The translations under genes were made by a program, and so were the position numbers. DNA of 64,000 bases from assembly GCA_964478755.1 (NCBI GenBank), contig CAYZJP010000004.1, forward strand, positions 16,738 to 80,737, read 5' to 3'. This document shows, one piece after another, positions 36,059 to 43,835 of the stretch; within the stretch, counting starts at the first letter, position 1; each line of letters opens with the position of its first letter. The notes below the pieces were generated by a model. The model saw nothing but the letters and a program-made list of their open reading frames with translations. It did not search any database and had not been told where the DNA came from. The DNA is from an uncultured Klebsiella sp. GTDB lineage: Bacteria; Verrucomicrobiota; Verrucomicrobiia; Limisphaerales; SXTU01.

Positions 36059-36946
36059 TCACGAAAAGCTTCCGAGAAATGCAATGGCTTCGGCACGCTT
36101 TGGGAAAGTTGCCTCAATCTTCGCTCCGGTGTTGAACCGCACTTGGATTTCAAACGCCTCGCGTTGTTCGCCGTAGTCACGCAATCGATACGACTTCCCC
36201 TCCTTGACCAAATAGGCAATCGCGCTCCGAACATCGGAGCACTCCACCGAGTGTCCGCGCAACACGGTCAGTCGAACCGAAGCCACTTGACGGTTGAGCG
36301 CGGCTTCAAGGCGCTGTTTGAAATCCGAAATCTCATGTTGGTGCAACGCATGGAGTTTCGCCAGCAGACGATTGGTCGCCTGTGGTTGTGGCAGCGATTC
36401 CCATCTCCCAATCTTTTGCCGAAACTGCCGCTCAGTTGTGCCGCCCGCGCCATCTTCAGAGGAAGCGTCAATGCCGAGTTCCCGAAACGCAGCCAGAATC
36501 GAGTCGTAAGGGATATGCAACACGCCAAAACCTTTCGATTCCAACTGATGCAGGGCGCTTCGCGTGAACTCGCCCGCCAACACCGCACCGCAGAACGGTT
36601 GATGCCGTGAGAACGTCAATGCGACGGGCATGACCGCCGCTTCGATTTCTTGCACCTTGTTCTTCGAGTGCTTCGTGTATCGTCGCCATGCCGACTCAAT
36701 GAAAGCGATGGGAACACCAAGCGCCTCTTCGGTTCCACCGCGCTCCAAGACGTAGTCGAGGTCGTGCTTGTTCCCGTAGCCGTCCTGCCAAGTCACTTTG
36801 CCTTGGCCATCCCGCGTGGCGCGTGGCCGCTTGAAGTCAAGGTAGAGCCCGTGCCGCTGCGCAACTTCGCCAAGGATGTTACGGACGAGCACTTCCAAGC
36901 TGTCGCCGATGATTTGTCCCCAACGATGAGCGAGTGATTCGGCCAT
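36059..36946 (-). CDS. hypothetical protein, candidate PD-(D/E)XK restriction endonuclease partner of the adjacent methyltransferase
   Basis: The call rests on its position 11 nt downstream of the methyltransferase, and on an N-terminal HDLDYVLE...IAFIESAWRRYTKHSK segment compatible with a D...ExK-like core. The motif is not canonical, and no other similarity was recognised. Confidence 0.45.
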   Translation of the reverse strand: MAESLAHRWGQIIGDSLEVLVRNILGEVAQRHGLYLDFKRPRATRDGQGKVTWQDGYGNKHDLDYVLERGGTEEALGVPIAFIESAWRRYTKHSKNKVQEIEAAVMPVALTFSRHQPFCGAVLAGEFTRSALHQLESKGFGVLHIPYDSILAAFRELGIDASSEDGAGGTTERQFRQKIGRWESLPQPQATNRLLAKLHALHQHEISDFKQRLEAALNRQVASVRLTVLRGHSVECSDVRSAIAYLVKEGKSYRLRDYGEQREAFEIQVRFNTGAKIEATFPKRAEAIAFLGSFS

Positions 36947-36957
36947 GATGTCTCTTG

Positions 36958-38319
36958 TTAGCCGCAGACCCAAAGATGTCCCTCGCAGAGCGGCACGCGG
37001 TGCTTACGGTTCTTCCACTTGTTGTTCCGGTCACGAAGCTTCTCGAATGTCCACGACTCAAAGCCAGCGGCCAACGCCAGCTTGCCGAGCCATTCGACGA
37101 CCGGCACGTAAACGCCATACGGCGCGGAATCGCCGATGACGAAACACACCTCGGAAGGTGATGCACACACTCGTCGCAGCGCCTTCCACGTCTGCGCCAT
37201 GTCGAGGAAGTAGCACGCGATCATGTTGTTGTAAGTCTTCTTGCCCCCACGTTCCAACCGCACTGAAGAAAGCTCGCGGCAAACCGGCACGATGTCGTCG
37301 CGGATGGGCACGAGTTCTGGCGAGGCAAGAATTTCATCCAAGTTGACGGAGTTTGGCGGGACGTGTTGCGAGCAGGCACGCACAAGATGCCGCCGCACCG
37401 TTTCTTGCAAATCCCCCCAGCCCCGGATCTCCCCCATAAAGGCCATCTCCAAACGAGTAGCATCAGCGTAGTCGTAGTTGTTTGCGTAGGGCGGCGAGGT
37501 GATGACCATCGTTGCCCATCGATCCGATACAGTCGCGCATTTGCGGGCGTCATCCGCGCGCAACTTCGCAACCGGTTTGGCATGGCGGGCCATGAAACGA
37601 ATGTCGGCGGCGATCATCTGCACTGTCTTGTGCAAAGCGACCTCAGGAGATGGGGGCACCGTTTTGCGTCGTCCTGGCAGCACGTATTGCCACGGTGCTG
37701 TGCCGGCCTCAGACACCACGCGCAGTGAAGATACGAGCGCCATCCAAAGCAGTTCGGCCTCGGGGGTGCCGTCCTGCTCCCGCTCAACAGCTTGTCGGAA
37801 GCAATCGAGGTATCTCAATGTCTCCTGCCCATAACACTTCTGGATGATTTCCGGGTAGTGCTCTGTTTCAGATTCTGCCTTCCGAGCTCGTTTGAATGCG
37901 CTGTCGGCCTTTGAATTGAAATGCCCGGAATCGGTAGTGTAACTCAACTTGGCCCGTGCAACGCGATGCACGAAGGGATGCGCCTCGATGCCAATGGACG
38001 GCACGCCCATTTCATCGCACGCAAGGCACGTTGTGCCCGAGCCGACAAACGGGTCGAGGACGCAAAGATCGCGGCCTTTACGCTCCGCCAACAACCACTT
38101 CACCCATTCCGCAGAAAAGCCCGCGCTGTAACGGAACCACCGGTGGACCGGCAGCCGCATATTGTCGAGAAAGTTGGAGGTATGGCCAACGAAGTCCAAT
38201 TTTGGGCGACCTTCTTTGACCTCGTGATCGGCTTCAAACAAGTCGAGAACGGCTTGTCTGTAATCATCGCGTAGGCGCGGAAGAACCCCATCACCTTCCT
38301 TTGGCTCTGGATATTTCAT
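36958..38319 (-). CDS. DNA methyltransferase (N6-adenine or N4-cytosine; SPPY type)
   Basis: The AdoMet motif LDPFVGSGTT lies about 170 aa before the catalytic motif ITSPPYANNYDY. An HRWFRYSAGFS segment, typical of these enzymes, is also present. Confidence 0.8.
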   Translation of the reverse strand: MKYPEPKEGDGVLPRLRDDYRQAVLDLFEADHEVKEGRPKLDFVGHTSNFLDNMRLPVHRWFRYSAGFSAEWVKWLLAERKGRDLCVLDPFVGSGTTCLACDEMGVPSIGIEAHPFVHRVARAKLSYTTDSGHFNSKADSAFKRARKAESETEHYPEIIQKCYGQETLRYLDCFRQAVEREQDGTPEAELLWMALVSSLRVVSEAGTAPWQYVLPGRRKTVPPSPEVALHKTVQMIAADIRFMARHAKPVAKLRADDARKCATVSDRWATMVITSPPYANNYDYADATRLEMAFMGEIRGWGDLQETVRRHLVRACSQHVPPNSVNLDEILASPELVPIRDDIVPVCRELSSVRLERGGKKTYNNMIACYFLDMAQTWKALRRVCASPSEVCFVIGDSAPYGVYVPVVEWLGKLALAAGFESWTFEKLRDRNNKWKNRKHRVPLCEGHLWVCG

Positions 38320-38372
38320 TGAGGAGGCAATATGCCCGTGAGTTTACTTCGCTCGCAAACAAACGCGAGTTT

Positions 38373-38448
38373 TCAGAACTGCCTCAAAAACCGCACATCA
38401 TTTTCGTAGAACAGCCGAATGTCCGTGATGCCGTAGCGGAGCGTGGCG
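38373..38448 (-). pseudogene. displaced copy of the last 24 codons plus stop of pheS
   Basis: It matches 39127-39202 at 71 of 76 nt and translates to ATLRYGITDIRLFYENDVRFLRQF*. Confidence 0.85.
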
Positions 38449-38466
38449 TTGGGTTGGTTCATCGGT

Positions 38467-38844
38467 TCAGAGCGCCCTCGCCAGCGGCATGATGTCATTG
38501 AAGTGACCATCTTTGTGCTCCAGTTCGATCTCGTGATGCACCGCGCAGGCGACGATGAGGATGTCCGCCGCCGGGATAGTCTTGCCCTTGTCGCGGCAGC
38601 GCACTGCCAATTTGTGTGCCAGTTCCCAGACTACTGATGTGGTTTCGAGGCGGGGCGCAACGGCGGAGAGATCGGCGAGCTTGCGCTTCTCCTCGGCCCC
38701 GCGAGCGCCGTTCCAAAGTTCCAGCATGACCATGTCACACCACGCGGCCTCGTCGTCCAAAACAAGCTCCTCGACCCGCTCGCCGACCTCGCTCAGGCCC
38801 GGGCGCAGGTATTCCACCCATGCGGAGGTGTCCACGAGTTTCAT
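38467..38844 (-). CDS. vapC: PIN-domain toxin VapC
   Basis: The protein starts MKLVDTSAWVEYL, with acidic PIN residues. Its ATG overlaps the vapB stop (ATGA). Confidence 0.8.
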   Translation of the reverse strand: MKLVDTSAWVEYLRPGLSEVGERVEELVLDDEAAWCDMVMLELWNGARGAEEKRKLADLSAVAPRLETTSVVWELAHKLAVRCRDKGKTIPAADILIVACAVHHEIELEHKDGHFNDIMPLARAL

Positions 38845-39065
38845 GTGGTCTTCGCCCACTTGGCATCCTCGCGCATGACCTTGAGGTCATCCTGGGTCAT
38901 GAAGTCAACGAACGTGCCCTTGATTTTTGCGTTTAACTCCCGGAGCCGCTGAAGCCGGTTAAACTTCTCCAGCGCGGTGACGACGGCGTCCCGCTTGGTC
39001 TTGGCGTTGGTCCGCTTGATGGTTTCGCGCAGCAGCTTGTCGGGAATATCAATTGTCGTCTTCAT
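38841..39065 (-). CDS. vapB: VapB-family antitoxin
   Basis: It is a 74-aa protein starting MKTTIDIPDKLLRE, typical of VapB/DUF2191-type antitoxins, and lies upstream of a PIN gene. Confidence 0.75.
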   Translation of the reverse strand: MKTTIDIPDKLLRETIKRTNAKTKRDAVVTALEKFNRLQRLRELNAKIKGTFVDFMTQDDLKVMREDAKWAKTT

Positions 39066-39087
39066 GCATCCAGTATCCGGGACATTG

Positions 39088-39116
39088 GGATTCCGTCAAA
39101 CAGCGATTTGGAATCC
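39088..39116. promoter_or_regulatory. candidate vapBC operator: GGATTCC-N15-GGAATCC
   Basis: A 7-bp inverted repeat lies 23-51 nt upstream of the vapB ATG. TA antitoxins usually autoregulate through such palindromes. This evidence is weak. Confidence 0.3.
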
Positions 39117-39126
39117 TTCTTCATCC

Positions 39127-40155
39127 TCAAAACTGCCTCAAAAACCGCACATCATTCTCGTAGAACAGCCGGATGTCGGTGATGCCGTAGCGGAGCATGG
39201 CGATGCGCTCGATGCCGAAGCCGAAGGCCCAGCCGGTCCAGACCTCGGGATCGTAGCCGACGTTCTCGAAGACTTGCGGGTGCACCATGCCGCAGCCGGC
39301 GATCTCCAGCCAGTCCTTGCCGAGCTTCTTCACGAGCGCGTTGGTGAAATCAATCTCCAGGCTCGGCTCGGTGTAGCTGAAGTAGTGCGGTCGGAAGCGG
39401 AGCTTCACGTCGCTGCCGAGCACGTCCTTGAACACGGCTTCCACAGTGCCTTTGAGGTCGCCGACGGTGACGTTCTTGTCCACATAGAGGCCCTCGATCT
39501 GGTGGAAGGTCGGGTTGTGCGTGGCGTCGGCGTTGTCGCGGCGATAAACGCGACCCGGCACGATGATGCGGATGGGCGGCGGCTGCGACTGCATCACGCG
39601 GATTTGCACGGAGGAGGTGTGCGTGCGAAGCAGTTGAGAGTTCTTAGTTGAGAGTTGAGAGCCGGAAGCTGGCGCGACGTAGAATGTGTCTTGGCTGTCG
39701 CGCGCGGGGTGGTCGGTGGGCGTATTCAGCGCATCGAAGCAGTGATACTCGTCCTCGATCTCCGGGCCGTCGGCGACGGCGAAGCCGACTTTGCGGAACG
39801 CGCGGACGATGTCGTCGGTGACTTGCGTGAGCGGATGCAAGCGGCCCACGGCGCGGCGGCGGCCGGGGAGCGTCCAGTCGGTCGGTTCCTTGGGCAGCGC
39901 GGCCTTGAGTTCGAGTTCGCTGCGACGCACGGCGAGTGCGGCTTCGAGTTCGACTTTCGCGGCGTTGATGGCTTTGCCGGCGGCGGGGCGATCTTCCTTG
40001 GGCAGCGAGCCAAGCTGCTTCATCAGCGCGGTGAACTTGCCATCACCGCCGAGGAACGCGCCTTTGGTCTGCTCCAGCGCGGGCAGGTCGGTGGCGGCGG
40101 CGAGGGCGGCGAGCGCCTCAGATTTCAAAGGGTCGAGCTGGGCCAGGAGTGACAT
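39127..40155 (-). CDS. pheS: phenylalanine--tRNA ligase alpha subunit
   Basis: Motifs are HPLTQV, DTFYV, LLRTHTSSVQIR, GRVYRRD and GFGIERIAMLRYGI. Confidence 0.93.
   Translation of the reverse strand: MSLLAQLDPLKSEALAALAAATDLPALEQTKGAFLGGDGKFTALMKQLGSLPKEDRPAAGKAINAAKVELEAALAVRRSELELKAALPKEPTDWTLPGRRRAVGRLHPLTQVTDDIVRAFRKVGFAVADGPEIEDEYHCFDALNTPTDHPARDSQDTFYVAPASGSQLSTKNSQLLRTHTSSVQIRVMQSQPPPIRIIVPGRVYRRDNADATHNPTFHQIEGLYVDKNVTVGDLKGTVEAVFKDVLGSDVKLRFRPHYFSYTEPSLEIDFTNALVKKLGKDWLEIAGCGMVHPQVFENVGYDPEVWTGWAFGFGIERIAMLRYGITDIRLFYENDVRFLRQF
39633..39660 (-). repeat. GTTGAGA-type heptamers x4 (TCTCAAC on the coding strand), in frame inside pheS
   Basis: The units are GTTGAGA GTTCTTA GTTGAGA GTTGAGA. 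The run encodes SQLSTKNSQL, just before the conserved LLRTHTS. Confidence 0.85.
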
Positions 40156-40241
40156 GACGTTGCAGGGAGTTTTATAAGAAGGGCAGGAGATAAGGAATCA
40201 AAGACTTGCGGCGAAACATCTCTTGCGCTCCTGTTTTCCTC

Positions 40242-40279
40242 AAAAAAAAACGGGCGGCCCGTCTGCGGGGCCGCCCGTC
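40242..40279 (-). terminator. intrinsic terminator between rplT and pheS
   Basis: On the minus strand the sequence is ACGGGCGGCCC-cgcagac-GGGCCGCCCGT followed by T9, giving an 11-bp perfect GC stem. Confidence 0.7.
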
Positions 40280-40300
40280 GCTTGAGGGGTTGGAACTTGG

Positions 40301-40684
40301 TCAGGCCTTCGCGAGCGTGGCGGCGGGCTTGGCCGCGAGCGCGGTCTTCGCGGCGTTGATCAGCTCGCCAAACGCGGCGGCGTCGGTGGCGGCGAGGTCG
40401 GAGAGCACCTTGCGGTCGAGGCCGATCTTGGCGGCCTTGAGACCTTCCATGAAACGGCTGTAGGTCAAACCGGCCTCGCGGACGGCGGCGTTGATGCGGA
40501 CCTGCCAGAGGCGGCGATAGATGCGCTTCTTGGTCTTGCGGTCGCGGTAGGCGTATTGCCGCGCGTGGTCAACGGCGTCGGAGGCGTAGCGGTAAAGTTT
40601 GGAACGCTTGAGACGGAAGCCTTTGGCGGCTGTCAGAATGCGTTTACGACGTTTGCGGGAGGCGGGAGCGTTAGTGACGCGCAT
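40301..40684 (-). CDS. rplT: 50S ribosomal protein L20
   Basis: The translation MRVTNAPASRKRRKRILTAAKGFRLKRSKLYR... is unmistakably L20. Confidence 0.95.
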   Translation of the reverse strand: MRVTNAPASRKRRKRILTAAKGFRLKRSKLYRYASDAVDHARQYAYRDRKTKKRIYRRLWQVRINAAVREAGLTYSRFMEGLKAAKIGLDRKVLSDLAATDAAAFGELINAAKTALAAKPAATLAKA

Positions 40685-40714
40685 GGATCAGTGAGTAGTT
40701 GAAAGTTGAACGGC

Positions 40715-40924
40715 TCAGTGGCTGAAGGGCAGGCTCGACGTGATGCGATAGGCGTCGGTCTTGGACACGAGGGAACGTTTGCCGAGGGAGCGACGACGCT
40801 TGGCGCTCTTGCCGGAGAGCAGATGGCGGCGGCCGGCGCGGGACCGGAGAATCTTCCCGGTGCCGGTGATCTTGAACCGTTTGGCGACGGATTTTTTGGT
40901 CTTAATGCCTTTGGGACGACGCAT
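40715..40924 (-). CDS. rpmI: 50S ribosomal protein L35
   Basis: The translation shows KGIKTKKSVAKRFKITGTGKILRSRAGRRHLL. Confidence 0.95.
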   Translation of the reverse strand: MRRPKGIKTKKSVAKRFKITGTGKILRSRAGRRHLLSGKSAKRRRSLGKRSLVSKTDAYRITSSLPFSH

Positions 40925-41014
40925 AAATTGAACTGGTTCTCAAAAAAGAGGGCGCACTGTAGGCAACGGACACAGGCGGTGCAAGGGGTAATTTCGCCAA
41001 TGACGAAGGCACGC

Positions 41015-41998
41015 CTACGCGCTGCCCAGCAGCGCCAGTTCCGCCCGCGTCATCTCCTCGATCAACTGCCGGAACGTGGTTGTCGGCTCCCAGTTCAGGA
41101 GGCGGCGGGCCTTGGCGGGGTTGCCTTGCAGGCGCTGCGGCTCGGCGGGACGCAGGAGGCGGTTGTCTTTGCGGACGTGCTGCCGCCAGTCGAGGTTCAT
41201 CGCGGCGAAGGCCGTCTCCACCACGTCCTGCACGCTGTGGAGCTTGCCGGTGGCGAAGATGTAATCCTCGGCCGTCGCGTGCTGGAGCGAGAGCCACATG
41301 CCACGCACGTAATCCTTGGCGAAGCCCCAGTCGCGCTTGGCGGAGGTGTCGCCGAGGAGCAGTTCCTTCTGCTGGCCGAGCTTGATGGCGGCGGCGGCGC
41401 GGCAGATTTTCCGCGTCACGAAGTTTTCGCCACGGCGCGGCGACTCATGGTTGAACATGATGCCGTTGACCGCGAAGTGCCCGAAGGTCTTGCGGTAGAT
41501 CGTGACCATCTGCGCGGCGAAGGCCTTGGCGCAGCCGTAGGGATTCACCGGCGCGAAGGGCGTGTTCTCGTCCTGTGGCATCACGGCGGGCTGGCCGAAG
41601 ATTTCCGATGACGCGGCGTGGAAGAAGCGCGGCTTGCGCCTCATGTCCTGCACCATCTCCAGCAGGCGCAGCGTGCCCATCGCGGTGAGATCGCACGTGG
41701 ACTCGGGAATCTCGAAGCTCAGGCCGACGTGCGACTGGCCAGCGAGGTGATACAGCTCGTCTGGCTCCACGGACATGAGCACGCGCCGCATCGTGGTCGG
41801 GTCGTCGAGGTCGGCGTAGTGGAGGAAGAGGCGTTGCCCGTAAATCTTCGGGTCGCGATAGAGATGGACGAGGCGCGAGCGTTCGAGCGAGCTGGTGCGG
41901 CGCACCATGCCATGGATTTCATAGCCTTTCTCCAGGAGCAATTCGCTGAGGTAGGAGCCGTCCTGGCCGGTGATGCCGGTGATGAGTGCGCGTGGCAT
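41015..41998 (-). CDS. gmd: GDP-mannose 4,6-dehydratase (copy 2)
   Basis: Motifs are [52 protein letters not shown] and [11 protein letters not shown]. Confidence 0.9.
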   Translation of the reverse strand: MPRALITGITGQDGSYLSELLLEKGYEIHGMVRRTSSLERSRLVHLYRDPKIYGQRLFLHYADLDDPTTMRRVLMSVEPDELYHLAGQSHVGLSFEIPESTCDLTAMGTLRLLEMVQDMRRKPRFFHAASSEIFGQPAVMPQDENTPFAPVNPYGCAKAFAAQMVTIYRKTFGHFAVNGIMFNHESPRRGENFVTRKICRAAAAIKLGQQKELLLGDTSAKRDWGFAKDYVRGMWLSLQHATAEDYIFATGKLHSVQDVVETAFAAMNLDWRQHVRKDNRLLRPAEPQRLQGNPAKARRLLNWEPTTTFRQLIEEMTRAELALLGSA

Positions 41999-42044
41999 GG
42001 CAAATCGTGTTTGAACGGTCGCGTCCGCGCCCAAGCTGTCGCGG

Positions 42045-43058
42045 CTACTCGGAAATTCTCACCTTGCCGGCGAGTTGATCCTGCAAGGCCTGCATGTCCG
42101 CGTCCACCATCAGCTTGGTGAGTTCCACGAACGTCGTCTTCGGCGACCAGCCGAGCTTGCGCTTCGCCTTGCCGGGATCGCCGATGAGCAAATCCACTTC
42201 CGCCGGCCGGTAATAGCGCGGGTCAATCTCAACGTGCTTCTTCCAGTCCAGCCCCGCGTGGCCGAAGGCGACTTCGAGGAACTCCCGCACCGAATGCGTC
42301 TGGCCGGTGGCGATGACATAGTCGTCCGGCTCCTGCTGCTGGAGCATGAGCCACATGGCCTCGACGTATTCCTTCGCGAAGCCCCAGTCGCGCTTCGCGT
42401 CGAGATTGCCAAGGAAGACCTTGTCCTGCCGGCCGAGTTTGATCGCCGCGACGGCGCGGGTGATCTTGCGCGTGACGAAAGTCTCGCCACGGCGCGGCGA
42501 CTCGTGGTTGAAAAGAATGCCGTTGCTGGCGTGCATGCCGTAGGACTCGCGGTAGTTCACCGTGATCCAATAGGAATAAACCTTCGCGCACGCATAGGGA
42601 CTGCGCGGATAGAAAGGCGTCGTCTCCGTTTGAGGCACCTCCATCACCTTGCCATACATCTCCGAGGACGAGGCCTGGTAAAACTTCGGCTTGATGCCGA
42701 CTTCGCGGATGGATTCGAGCAGACGGATGGTGCCTGTGCCGACGATGTCCGCCGTGTATTCCGGCGCGTCGAAGCTCACGCGCACGTGGCTCTGCGCGGC
42801 AAGGTTGTAAACCTCGTCGGGCTGCGTCTTGGAGATGAGCCGCGCCAGACCGCTGGCATCGCTGAGGTCGCCGTAGTGGAGGAAGAGCTTGTGCTTCGGC
42901 GCGTGCGGATCGGAGTAGATGTGGTCGAGCCGATGTGTGTTGAACGTGCTCGCGCGCCGGATGATGCCGTGGACTTCGTATCCTTTGCCAAGCAGCAGTT
43001 CCGCGAGATAAGAGCCGTCCTGGCCGGTAATGCCAGTAATCAACGCCTTTTTGGACAT
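42045..43058 (-). CDS. gmd: GDP-mannose 4,6-dehydratase (copy 1)
   Basis: Motifs are [54 protein letters not shown] and [11 protein letters not shown]. Confidence 0.9.
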   Translation of the reverse strand: MSKKALITGITGQDGSYLAELLLGKGYEVHGIIRRASTFNTHRLDHIYSDPHAPKHKLFLHYGDLSDASGLARLISKTQPDEVYNLAAQSHVRVSFDAPEYTADIVGTGTIRLLESIREVGIKPKFYQASSSEMYGKVMEVPQTETTPFYPRSPYACAKVYSYWITVNYRESYGMHASNGILFNHESPRRGETFVTRKITRAVAAIKLGRQDKVFLGNLDAKRDWGFAKEYVEAMWLMLQQQEPDDYVIATGQTHSVREFLEVAFGHAGLDWKKHVEIDPRYYRPAEVDLLIGDPGKAKRKLGWSPKTTFVELTKLMVDADMQALQDQLAGKVRISE

Positions 43059-43131
43059 ATTTGGTGTGCGGACGATGGGCCATCGTTGCACGCCGTGGCA
43101 AGAATAGAATCCAGCGGACGCCACCGCAGCG

Positions 43132-43788
43132 CTACGTCCTCACCCCGACGCGCGGGCAAAGCTCCTTCAACTCACAGCCGTCGCAGTCCGGCTTGCGCGC
43201 GTCGCACCGCCGCCGCCCGTGCCAGATCAGCCAGTGGCTGAACTGCGCCCACTGGGCGCGCGGCACGAGTTTCATCAACGCCTGCTCGATTTTTTCCGGC
43301 GTCGTCTCCTTCGTCAGCCCGAGCCGCCGCGAGAGCCGCGCGACGTGCGTGTCCACGACGACGCCCACGTTGATGCCAAACGCATTTCCCAACACCACGT
43401 TCGCCGTCTTGCGGCCCGCTCCGTCGAGCGCCGTGAGTTCCTCCATCGTGCGCGGCACCTCGCCGCCGTGGCGCTCGACAAGCTTGCGGCAGCAGGCCTG
43501 GATGTTCTTCGCCTTGTTCCGGTAAAACCCCGTGCTCCTCACCGCCAGCTCCAAGTCCGCGAGTGGCGCGTCCGCGAAGTCCTGCGCAGTGCGATAGAGC
43601 TTGAACAACTCCGCCGTGACCACGTTCACACGCTTGTCCGTGCATTGCGCCGAGAGGATCGTTGCGACCAGCAACTGCACCGGATTCGCGTGGTTCAGCT
43701 CACAATAGGCGTCCGGGTAAGTGCGCTGGAGCACGGTGATCACCTGTGCCGCGTGGCGTGCTTTTGCCTCAAATGACAAATGATTCAC
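43132..43788 (-). CDS. nth: endonuclease III
   Basis: It has an HhH-GPD region ([17 protein letters not shown]) and a 4Fe-4S cluster ([17 protein letters not shown]). The GTG at 43788 is preferred. The alternative GTG at 43845 would overlap the divergent czcC start. Confidence 0.87.
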   Translation of the reverse strand: MNHLSFEAKARHAAQVITVLQRTYPDAYCELNHANPVQLLVATILSAQCTDKRVNVVTAELFKLYRTAQDFADAPLADLELAVRSTGFYRNKAKNIQACCRKLVERHGGEVPRTMEELTALDGAGRKTANVVLGNAFGINVGVVVDTHVARLSRRLGLTKETTPEKIEQALMKLVPRAQWAQFSHWLIWHGRRRCDARKPDCDGCELKELCPRVGVRT

Positions 43789-43835
43789 GTGACATGATTT
43801 GGCCGTGCAGAATAGTGTCCGGGGCGTTCGCGTCA

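Larger units (their letters stand above)
35831..39126 (-). mobile_element. 3.3-kb AT-richer insert separating pheS from pheT (vapBC, pheS 3' remnant, methyltransferase, nuclease-like ORF, Cys-rich ORF)
   Basis: pheS and pheT are normally adjacent. Composition drops across this span. A 76-nt direct repeat of the pheS 3' end is present (38373-38448 and 39127-39202). No integrase or transposase is present. Confidence 0.55.

Noticed and set aside
35831-39126. An integrase, transposase or other recombinase that could explain the pheS-pheT insert.
   Set aside because: No ORF in or next to the insert shows tyrosine or serine recombinase or DDE motifs. The mobile-element call is therefore kept at moderate confidence.
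40156-40300. A pheM-like attenuator leader peptide upstream of pheS (MFRRKSLIPYLLPFL, minus strand).
   Set aside because: It has only two Phe codons, and the mini-ORF lies downstream of the terminator hairpin rather than overlapping it. That is the wrong geometry for Phe-codon attenuation. Only the terminator is reported.
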